Origin: Paraphysomonas bandaiensis
Taxonomy: Eukaryota > Protista > Chrysophyceae
DNA: 64,000 nt
NCBI GenBank assembly: GCA_965644295.1
Contig: CBFFRP010000276.1
Span: forward strand, 1-64,000
Reading direction: 5' to 3'
Part shown: positions 13,682 to 24,600 of the stretch, one piece after another
How positions within the stretch are numbered: position 1 is the stretch's first letter
Layout of the letters: each line of letters opens with the position of its first letter
The notes under the pieces: model-generated
The model's input: the letters and a program-made list of their open reading frames with translations, nothing else
Told to the model about the DNA's origin: nothing
Database searches by the model: none
Translations under genes and position numbers: made by a program

Positions 13682-16600
13682 CTACTCTGTTGCACCATCT
13701 TTAACACTCTCATATGCCCACTGCAGTCAACAAAAAGTTAGAGTACAATATGGAATACAATCGCATGCTGCCATGTACCTTTAACCAGGGCATAAGAGCC
13801 TCCAGGTCGCTCTCCTCCACGGTAGCGCCGCACCATATCCTGAGACCATCTGGGGCATCACGATAGGCACCGATGTCGAATGCCACCATCTCTGTCTGCA
13901 AAAGCGCCACAAAGTTCTTGACCTGTTCCTTATTGAGGTCGAGAGTGAGACACACAGAGGTATTAGAAAGGGTGGAAGGGTCGTGCGCGAGAAAGGAGAT
14001 CCATTCGTTCACAGCAACGAAGCGCTGAATGACAGCCAGGTTACGCTTGGATTTGTCAATGAGACCGTGGAGACCACCGATGTTTTCTGACCACTCCATT
14101 GCATCGATATAGTCTTCAACACAGAGCATGGAGGGTGTATTGATAGTGTCACCCTTAAAGATGGCTTTGTTTACACGTACTGAACCATCCTTTTCCGTCT
14201 TAGCCATACGGAAAATCTTTGGTAGAGGGCGCCCGTGATCAAATGATTCAATACGCTCAACGGCACGGGGTGAGAGAATGAGCATACCATGTGCACCCTC
14301 CCCGCCCAGAACCTTCTGCCAAGAGAAAGTACTGACGTCAGTCTTGGTCCAGTCAATGTCCATTGCGAAAGCTGCAGATGTGCAGTCGTTGAAGGTGAGG
14401 CCTGTACGATTATCACTGATCCAGTCTAAGTCAGGCACACGGACTCCGGACGTAGTTCCGTTATACGTAAACAGCTATGCGAAAACGTCAGTTATAGCAG
14501 GTTTAGAAGTGATAAATACTTACAATATCATGATCCGGGTTGGTATCCGCAAGGTTCGGCAAGTACCCGTAGTCTGCTTTAAAGTCATTCACCTCAGGAA
14601 GCTTAAGATGCTTGACAGCATCTTCTCTCCAACCCTTTCCAAACGACTCCCAGTAGCAGGCGTCCACTGGTCGGGCACCTAACATATTCCACATAGCCAT
14701 TTCAAAGGCTCCTGTGTCGGAAGCAGGTACGATGCCACAGAGGTAGTCACTAGGAAGACCGAGGATGCGTTTCGTATCCTCGATGGCCTTCTTCAGGCGA
14801 TTCTTACCAATACTAGAGCGGTGAGAGCGACCGAGGACATCAGTGCGTAGACTGGCTACGGAATATCCAGGTCGCTTCTTGCAAGGACCACTCGAGAACT
14901 CAGGACTGCGTGGACGAACGGAAGGTTTGGTAATGCCCCTTGCATTGATTCCAGTAAGATTCGCTGAATTGCTCACGCGGAAAATAGGATCGAGATCCTT
15001 CTGGCTCTCCCACTAAAAATCAGAGTGTGCTTAACATCAATTAACTACCACAGCAGAGTATACATACCTGCACTGCGTTTGTGACGATTTTACATGACTG
15101 CATCTCATCGACAATGGCAGAGGGAATGGTGCTGTCTGTTACTAGGGCACCAAGTGCATACTTGGAACTGTCTTTACGGCCTAGGGAGAAGTTTGCAATA
15201 TTGATTCCAGCTAAGGCAACCTTTTCAGCAATGCGTCGAAGCACCCCTGGGGAGTCTTTATTGTTGAAGAGCAAGATATTCCCCTCAGTCGGAATCGAAA
15301 CCGGATACCCGTCGATCTCCGTGATGCGGATATCTTTCTGACCAAATACCGTACCTCTGACAGTGCGGGTCATGTTCAGGGTTCCCTCAACCTCAATCTC
15401 CACAGTCACCACATTGGCGAGGCCTGAGTCGGAAGGGGAACGTTGATCAGATGAGTTTACTGATACCTGTAAACCAAGCTCGTCTGCTGTTGCCATAGCG
15501 CTAACATAGGACACAGTCTCATCGCCTAGTACACCTAGTACGCCCTTCAAGACAGCGGACTTCATCACATCCACAATCCGGCTGTCAGCGATATCCTTTC
15601 CACTCAAATTAATCTGGATGTTGTTGACCTTATTAGTACCCAGCAGCTGCCCGTGTATTGATCCGATGCGCTCGCATAGCAAAACATAAGGTTTCGCCCC
15701 AGTAACCTTGTGAATAGCGCTCAAGTCGGGTGCGTTTACTACTCCCTTGTAATCTCCACCATCCAATATAGAAGTCATATTTTCAGCAACCTGTCTCGCT
15801 ACTCGAAGCTAACAACGGAACAGTGAACACAGAGCACAATGAATTCTAATGACACGACATGACGCTTCAAAATGGTATCACATAGCTAAATAACACATAC
15901 ACCACATTTCACACACTAGTACACTGTAGGTACCTGAGCATCAGTGGTGGAAGCTCCAAGATGTGGAGTCATTATGACGTTGGGGTGCATTCTGAGCTCG
16001 TGCGAGGCATCAACAGGTGGCTCTACCTCCAGGGTATCCAGAGAAGCTCCAGCAACGTGACCACTCTTGATGGCCTCGAGCAAGTCTTCCTCGTTAACAA
16101 TACCCCCTCTTGCACAGTTAACGATCCTCACTCCAGGTTTGCAGCGGGAGAGTGTAGCCCTATTAATTAGATAGCGGGTCTCCTTGGTCAAGGGTGTGTG
16201 GATGGTAATAAAGTCAGATCGGGCGAATATATCCTCAAGCTGCACTGGCTCAACGTCTACTTTTCTCGACGACGCCTCCGAGAGCACGGGGTCATAACCG
16301 ATGGTAACCATTCCGAAGCCCTGGCATCTACAGAAAGTGTTACTATACACATGACATAGGTATAACTTATCACCTTTGCGCTACATCTTTCCCGATCCTA
16401 CCCATACCAATGATACCCAGCGTTTTCCCGGAAAGCTCGGAGCCTGTGTAAAGACTTCGGTCCCAACGTCCCGCTTTTAGGGCGGCTGTGGCCTGCGGGA
16501 TATTCCGGGCCAATGCCAATATATGAGACACAGCCAGTTCAGCGGTAGATACAGTATTCCCTCCAGGTGTATTAACAACAAGAATACCTTTGCTAGTTGC

Positions 16601-16897
16601 ATGTTGTGTATCAATATTATCTACACCTGTCCCTGCTCGACCAATAAGCTTTAAGTTAACTCCAGCATTAATAACTTCCTTCGTTACTTTAGTTCCTGAT
16701 CGTACAACCAAACCATCATACTCATGAATACATTTTAATAAATCCTCTTTGCTTATTCCTGGTTTTTCAATTAATTCATGCCCACGTGAACGAAAGACTT
16801 CACCACATATTCCTTGTATACTATCACTTGCTAATATACGTGCTAAACGTGGGATTGTAGTAGAATATTTTCTGTTATGAATAATTAATGCTCTCAT
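13682..16897 (-). CDS. PHGDH-PSAT: Fused D-3-phosphoglycerate dehydrogenase (with ACT domain) and phosphoserine aminotransferase (serC-2/Methanosarcina-like), ~960 aa
   Basis: PHGDH motifs [36 protein letters not shown] motifs [51 protein letters not shown]. Introns 16328-16373, 15809-15933, 15013-15067, 14475-14523 and 13721-13778 give one continuous frame. Confidence 0.9.
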
Positions 16898-17492
16898 TGT
16901 ATTGATGATGATAATTAAAGTAAATTATAAAGATGTATGGAATATGGTTGGATGTATATGGTTTGATATGGTCTGGTGGGATGAGAGGCTGATTGATGTG
17001 TACAATGCACTTGCATGGAAACTACTAGATCATATATACCTATACACCATACACTTCTATACATACACTACTATATATACAGTACTATATACAGTGTTTG
17101 TATAGTATTATACGGCATACTCATATATATGGTAGCTACCACACAAGTAGTGTATGAAAATCAGCGGTGGTGGATGTATGTATATGCATATGGATGTAGT
17201 TTGTGAGTGTTGTGAACCACATATGAGTGATCTGCTGCTACTGAGTGTATATTGTACGAATGCTACTGTATATACGTACACATATATGTACCTTATGTGT
17301 CGGTACACAAGTACTCTACCTACCAACATATGCGGATCTACTGGTGTCTACAGGTACAGGTAGATATGTACAGTAGTGTATATATTAATGGATCTGGAAC
17401 GTGTATATATAAGAGGAGTGGATGGTCATGTGCTGTACACCCCTCTAACTATCCTCACAATAACACCCTATACAATACATATATAAGGAATC

Positions 17493-18594
17493 ATGGGGTT
17501 CTTTGCTGAATGCATTACATCTACTCCTGTTGAGATCATTGTACCAGATGCCTATACACTCAAAGTAACTCTCTCTCTCTATATATATATATATGTATGT
17601 ATAACCCTCTATTAGATATTGCAGGTATGTTTACCACCTGAAACAAAGAAATCAACATCAACTCTTTATGTTCAACCTGTTAATGAAGAAAAAGGATATG
17701 CATTATGTTGTGTTAATAGTACTTCTATGCCACATTGTGCATTACAACATGAGTTTGGACCCGAAGATAGTCCAGTTACCTTCTGGGTCACTGGAAATGA
17801 TGTTCATTTAACTGGAAATTGGATATGGGAGATTGATGAGAGTGATAATGAGTCAGAAGAATGTAGTGAGGATGATTGTCATGAGGAATGTGGTGCTGAG
17901 TGTGAAACACACGACAATGCCGAGTCTGTGGACGCCAATGCATCAAAGAAAGCCCGTAAAAACAATGGTGCAACCGAAGTTAGTAGTACCGTACAAACAA
18001 GCACGGCAGAATCGGAAACGGCTCCGAAAAAAACTGGCCGAAATAAACGCGGGCGCCCAGCTGCTGAAATTGTTCCACCTAGTGAGGACCTTGTGGTGGT
18101 CTGTAAACCTCCTAGTGACCCCGATTGGGGACAAAGGAAGCGTTGGAAAGTTAAGCCTGAAAATGATGAGGGTGTGCTTGTTCCAACACCTAAGCAGCGT
18201 ACACTTTCATCTGGTGTTTTAATTACAGACCACGTGATTGGACGGGGCAATGAACCAAGACTGGGGTCTATAGTTAAGATTACTTACGAAGGACTATTCC
18301 CCGATGGGACAATATTCGATTTCAACCGGAAAAGAACCAAGCCATTCAAATTTCGAAAGGGAGCTGGGCAGGTATAGAAGTATGCTGATGTGACCTGTTT
18401 CTTTGTGATATGCATCTCTGCAGGTGGTGAGGGGGCTGGACTTAGGCCTTGAAGGCATGCGTATCGGAGGCTCACGAGAAATTGTGATACCCCCTCCTCT
18501 AGGGTATGGTGAAAAAGGTGTGGGTGAGATACCTGGAAATCAAACACTCATATTCAGAGTAACATTGGTTGGCTCAGAGAAAAGCAAGAAATAA
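17493..18594 (+). CDS. Nucleoplasmin-like (NPL) domain FKBP-type peptidyl-prolyl isomerase
   Basis: N-terminal NPL-like block ending 'VTFWVTGNDVHLTGN', acidic and basic linker, C-terminal FKBP (YEGLFPDGTIFD, GLDLGLEGMRIGGSREIVIPPPLGYG). Introns ~17565-17615 and ~18372-18423. Confidence 0.9.
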
Positions 18595-18808
18595 ACCTTT
18601 GGCATCTGCTATACGTTTCGTTAATTTTAATCTTTGTAATTAACTAGTCATTTTATTGGAATAACTATAGCTTAGTATGTAAAGAATAATTGGAGTTTTA
18701 CGTCTCATAGTTCAATATATGCAATTGTAGAATATAGAAAAAAGTTTTCATCGTATGTCGTTTAAAACAAGATAGAAAACATTGGGATTTCGTATGCTAG
18801 ACATCAGG

Positions 18809-18900
18809 GCTGCGTACCAATTAATGACGCAGGTTGTAGTCAATTACAAATGCAATTATTACTTGCTGTCACAATTAATTGAATTTTCAATTAATTGAAA
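18809..18900. repeat. Second copy of the ~95-bp dispersed repeat
   Basis: Similar to 5410-5505. Confidence 0.65.
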
Positions 18901-18907
18901 ATCAAAT

Positions 18908-19290
18908 AGCAGTGAATGTCTTAGCAATAGGCGTTTAAGAGTCAGCTGTTATCTCTGATCTCCTACATTTTAACTCTATATCTGAGCAAAGCTGCTCGTG
19001 TGCGTCACCGCAAGCACCAAGGAGCAACCACTATTGCTTTATGCTTTATCACTCACAGCAAACGCAGTGCACAAGCAGAATTTTGATCTACCTGACATCT
19101 GCTGACTTCAGGGCTTTTGAGTTCTTAACGTGAACATCCCGGATGCTTGAGAGTTCAACAGACAGTCCAATCCCCCGGATGCCCTTGACGTGGGCCCATT
19201 CCCGGATGCCAGTTTATTCGTCAAGGCCCACAGACGTCTATACAATTGTCACTTATTAGTGGCCGTTGTACCACACAGGCATTTGGCTGT
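18908..19290 (-). mobile_element. SINE-like element copy (5'-truncated, no ribozyme head); left arm of an inverted pair
   Basis: Near-identical reverse complement of most of ~19895-20255. Confidence 0.85.
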
Positions 19291-19767
19291 TGACTAACTA
19301 TATGTTCGATACTAAAATTCATCTGACTCTGTCAAGCTATTCACCTAATAGTAAACAGTTAACTCCAAATTGTTAGAACTATGCTGTCACCCTCGTAAAA
19401 CTAAAGTGTGACCGAATATTTTTCTCTTATGATCTGTAGAAGCCTTGCAGTGTAAACAGTCAGTAAACACTATGCCAGTAAAAGATTCTCTGTCATAGCT
19501 TCCCTCCTCTCTGTAGATGCTGATATTGCTAAAAGCCCTACCTTCGATAAGAAGGCCATTTTGTGAAGATTCAGAATGGTTACGAGGAATCCCTGACTCG
19601 TCAAGAGAAAGCACCAGTTGCAAGATTTTGAAAAAGGATTCAGACAAGCTGAATCACTGGATAGTGCCGTCGAAGTGGGAAATGCAAGAAAAACGCTGCT
19701 GCTGCAATTGAAAGCCACAGATCTAGCAAGAAGCAACGACGACAACTTGACATCCAATATTGATCAA

Positions 19768-20255
19768 CCCCCAATAAAGTCGGACTCGCACCTTTTTGTG
19801 GTGTTCTAGGGAATAAGTACCGGAGGGATTTAACCGTGAAACTAACGTGAGCCGCAAATATATAGTCAACAGATATTAGTCTGCCTACTCATAGCCAAAT
19901 GCCTGTATGGTACAACGGCCACTCTCTTTGAACCTTGACGAATAAACTGGCATCCGGGAATGGGCCCACGTCAAGGGCATCCGGGGGATTGGACTGTCTG
20001 TTGAACTCTCAAGCATCCGGGATATTCACGTTAAGAACTCAAAAGCCCTGAAGTCAGCAGATGTCAGGTAGATCAAAATTCTGCTTGTGCACTGCGTTTG
20101 CTGTGAGTGATAAAGCATAAAGCAATAGTGGTTGCTCCTTGGTGCTTGCGGTGACGCACACGAGCAGCTTTGCTCAGATATAGAGTTAAAATAATGTAGG
20201 AGATCAGAGATAACAGCTGACTCTTAATCACCTATTGCTAAGACATTTACTACTA
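19768..20255 (+). mobile_element. Ribozyme-headed SINE-like element, copy B; right arm of the inverted pair
   Basis: Head ccccaataaagtcggactcgcacc...ctaacgtgagccgc (19768-19855); tail ...cctattgctaagacatttactact. Confidence 0.85.
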
Positions 20256-20623
20256 GCGTCGATCGGCAAAGCACATATATTCAGTACAGATAACGTAGTG
20301 CAGCATTTGCTCAGCAGAGCCAAGATTATTATGACACACTGCTCCTTTGCTTCAACAAGCACTTGTGGACCGCAAAGCAGTGCAACAGGTCATCGATTAT
20401 GGACCATCCGATCATGACATGAATGAGGATGACTGTGACGAAGAGTTGTAATATATAGAGTACTAGTTGCTGCATTGATATTGGGTTTTCATATAATGTT
20501 GTAACCTCTACTAACTAGATTCTACCGATCGAGCTAATGTTATTAGAATATGGATCTTATTCTAGTATATTCAGTATGTCACTTGAAGACAATATGTACG
20601 AGAATACAGTGAAATATAGTGAT

Positions 20624-21132
20624 ATTGAAAGTCTTATTATTAGCAATAGGCGTTAAAAACCTGCACTAACTTAGTAGCTAGAGATGAATGCTAGACAAAC
20701 TAGTTAGACCTCTACCTGTAACTAATCAGTACACACTTTTTTTATCCTACTATTTAACGCTACGGAAGCTGCTTGTGCGTCGCCGCAAGCACCAAGGTGC
20801 GACCACTTCCGCTCTGAGTTCTTAAGGTGAACATCCCGGATGCTTGACTTCAGCAAGCAGCCCAATACCCCGGTTACCCTTCAGGTGGGCCCTGTCCCGG
20901 ATGCCCTTGAGGTGGACCCATTCCCGGATGCCTGTTTATTCGTCAGGGCCCAAAGACGTCTACACAAGTGACACTTATTGGTGTCCCTTGTACCACACAA
21001 GCATTCGGCTATGAGTGGGCAGAAGAATATCCGCTGACTATGTTTGCGGCTCACGTTAGTTTCCCAGAGAAATAACTCCGGTACTTATTCCCCAGAACAC
21101 CACGAAAAGGTGCGAGTCCGACTTTGTTGAGG
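20624..21132 (-). mobile_element. Apparently full-length ribozyme-headed SINE-like element, copy C (509 bp) with 15-bp TSD
   Basis: Flanked by the direct repeat GTGAAATATAGTGAT at 20609-20623 and 21133-21147. On the minus strand it starts CCTCAACAAAGTCGG and ends GCTAATAATAAGACTTTCAAT. Confidence 0.9.
21046..21132 (-). ncRNA. Candidate HDV-like self-cleaving ribozyme (copy C)
   Basis: CCTCAAC..CGGACTCGC-ACC-TTTTCGT-GGT-GTTCTGGGG-AA-TAAGTA-CCGGAG-ttattt-CTCTGG-GAAA-CTAA-CGTGAGCCG; lies exactly at the TSD-defined 5' end. Confidence 0.62.
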
Positions 21133-21660
21133 GTGAAATATAGTGATGTAAAAATGCTATGATGATATTGAGAAACTGAAATAGTTTGATCTTTCAAGAT
21201 ATGTTCAGTAACGAAAGGTTCGCATATATAGGATATGATTATGCGTAGATTAAAATGAGTTAGTGTTGGTTATCACAACTTCGTGTAAACGATATTAATA
21301 AAATCTATCTAGTCTTAGGACAAATTCTCTGTGATCTAGCTTAAAATGAGCAATTTCCAATAAATGTTTCCTTCTTTGCCCTCAGATATATCAATATGTT
21401 GCAATATATTGTTATCAGGCCCTGACGAAAGGATACTATGTTGCATTTACAAGATATATGCTGGCTCTAACCAACAAAATAGCGTTTATGGGGGAGAGAT
21501 GGGTAAACTAGGTTCCAATCTATTTGCGATATACTATTTCATTAATAGTATATTCACCATTAACTTTTCCCAATTACACACTAAAACTCAATTTATTCTA
21601 TTAAACTAACCATCTATTCACAATTTCGCAGCATTTGACCCTACTTTTTACACAACATAC

Positions 21661-24600
21661 CTAATTCACTTTTAGAAATTTAGCTATATGACTGTATTCA
21701 TTAGTTCCTTCCATCTTGTGGTGATAATAGCATAGGAGGTCCTTTAATTCCTGTCCCAAAGAACTCTTAATCCTACCTTCCAGTGTGAGCAAGTTATCAG
21801 CAGGCAATGTACAGATCGAATGAGATATAATTTTGTAAATTTCGTTCACTCTAGCGTCACACAAATATGAATCGGACCCATTGCTTCCAACTTCTCTGAT
21901 TAAGCGTAAAATATCCACAAGCACGAAGTTCAGTTCACTACAACGGCTATCCTGATTAGAGCATTCATCTTTACTGTCGTTTAGGCTATTAGTCGTTGTG
22001 AATTCGTTTGACTCAGAGTGTGTGGCCCCAGACTCCGCATCGGCATCACCATATATTCCAATAGTGTCCGATATAGAGTTCTCGTCACGGGACATCCACG
22101 CCGGGCGGTTGCATATTCCTCTTCCCCGCCCGGGTAGTTGAGTTTGTGTAGGGGCTTGGACGTCATATTTGCTTTTCTTTGACGCCGGTTCGATGTTCTG
22201 TAAAGTGACGTCTGATAACTTCGATAGGCTAGGTACGCTGGATACATCATTACTACTGATGCCACTATCACCACTTTCAACACTACTACGTACAGATTTC
22301 TCAACCTCACCATTCGACATCCATGATGGAATATTTAACACCCCGCGTCCACGACCCGAAGGCGCCATGCAGGACGAATTCGACAACTCATTCACACTAC
22401 CCCGCTCCTCGCCCTGTACGGTTTCACTAGCAGTGGCATTTAGTGCACTTTGGTCACTCGACAACCACGCAGGTAGATTAGACACTCCTCTGCCTCGACC
22501 TCTGCCAGTATACGCTGTAGCGCAGGGAAAGTTTTCTTCAGAGAGAAACAAATCCGCAGCGGCGATATTAGTCTGGCGTATCTTCATTTCTTCTGTGATT
22601 CTTGACGCTTCCATTTGATTCGTCTCAGCAGAAACTCCCCCGACAGGTGGACAATATATATCAATTTTCTCTTCATGGCTGCTGGGCGTCTTATCTACTA
22701 GACCACTACGTTTTCTTTTCTTGTCTGTAGTAGAAAAAGCGGTACTTGAGGCCCGTTCATCTCTCATGCGGCTTAATGACTTCACTTCATCATGTAATTC
22801 GCTCAAAATTTTCAATGTTGAGGTGTCTACCGTGTCTTCACATGATTCCAAGTGATTTTCGACCATTGTGCCCTTTGCATCACTGATATATGAGCTGAAG
22901 TGACGATACAAAAACTTCAAAAATTCATCTTCATTTTCGACATGACTCAGCAGCGAAAGCGCTTTTCGACAATGAGGGTTCGTTCTCGGAACCATGCCAT
23001 CAAGAAATCTCGACAGGATCAAGTCCTCCAGATCCGAAGTGTAATCACTCGGAGTTCCACAAATAATTATCGCACGTTGCATATTGTTGCACTTAGAATC
23101 CTTCGTATCATCCACATTATCCACTTTTACCAGTTTCCCCCAAATAGCATACGCTGGTATACTAGTTGATTTTGCTCGACCAACTAAATCACCATCGATA
23201 TTCTCTGGCGTCTTGAAGACGAGACTAATACTTTCATGTTTATACATAGGCGGGGTAGGAGGTAATTCTGTACACCGCTCTTCTGATTGAGTACATAATA
23301 TTAAGAGGAGGTACACGATTCGCAAACGCTGTTGACCTCCTGCAATCGTTACCTGTTTTCCATGAATGCTGGAGGTTAAAGAAAAGTACTTATTATCAGA
23401 TATACGTGGAATTTGAAGAATTTCGAGTAACTGCGAATCTATCTCAGATAGAGTTTTCAATTCTTCTTTCTCGGCAATGGGAGAAGGTGTCAGAGGACGC
23501 CTTCTGCAGCTATGGTCTAGCATACCAATGGGCTGAAGGCTATGCTCTGGATTTAGTAGCGAAGACCGCAATACACCACAGCCAGTGGGGACGCGGTTTG
23601 CGTCGTCCAGCAATACAGGATGAACCTTCTCACTAACATCATTTTCCTTCCATAGCATGATCCACCTTGCAGGAAATGCGGTCAGACTAAAGCCTGGCCC
23701 CTTCAAGCAGTAGACACACAAGTTGGGGACATTTTTCAAAATATAGTTTCGAGCAGTACTTATTTGGCCTGGTTTCAGTAATTCATGAGGCTTTGCTCCA
23801 TTAAGGGCACTTTCCACAACCGTCCAAAGACAGTACGAAAATGCCTTTTTCTCGAAAGCACATGGAGTAGAAACAGACTTCTCTTCATACACCTAAATAA
23901 TAAAACAGTTATTGGTACATTCGTACAACGATTGTGCTACGTACCCGCTGGCAAAATTGTTTCAAAAAATCAGTTGCGTGGTAAGGATTTGCACCCACTG
24001 GTGGCGTAAGTAGCTCACATAATTCGGTTTTAAACGCACCTAGAGGCCACGCTACTGGGTCCTGATTCGTCCCACCATTATTCGACACCCAACATACATC
24101 AGAACGTAAGTTGTGCAAGTACCCAGCTTGTGCAAGTAGCTTGACCATATTAACCTTAATTTCATCCGAAGAAGTAGAGCTCGATTTCCTGATACCGATA
24201 TCAACACATCGCGATAATGTATATAACGTGTTCTCCATGTGACCAGGAATTACAAAGACTGGGTCTGAAGAGCAATGAGACTGAGCTGTTCCGCAACAAG
24301 CAGTTCGAATCCGCTTCTTGTCTGAGGAAGACAGTCGGTTTTCTCTTTGAGCTAAACAGATGCTGCGCCACACAGCAATCAGCTCAACGTACTTAGCACG
24401 AGAGCAACGGATAACCCCCCCAGTGAACATACACACGGCGGGCTCTTCTACATCCCTGGCACTTATGGATTGTGCAAGTGTATGTAATTGTTCAATAGGA
24501 GGAGGAGGTTTGACAGTTCCCCATGCGAACAACGCACTTACGACTGAATCTAGATTCTTAAGAGTACGCGACGCACGGGGTGGCAGTTTCAACACTGGCA

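Noticed and set aside
14503-14976. PSAT as a separate gene
   Set aside because: The ORF start is a GTG; a canonical intron joins it in frame to PHGDH.
19300-19767. Short ORFs in the spacer of the inverted pair
   Set aside because: No recognisable motif and stops in all frames; at most an unidentifiable relic.
20820-21045. Viral-like 2A peptide (DxExNPGP) as in L1Tc, or a tRNA-derived SINE head
   Set aside because: I could not find an NPGP-encoding sequence or Pol III A/B boxes.
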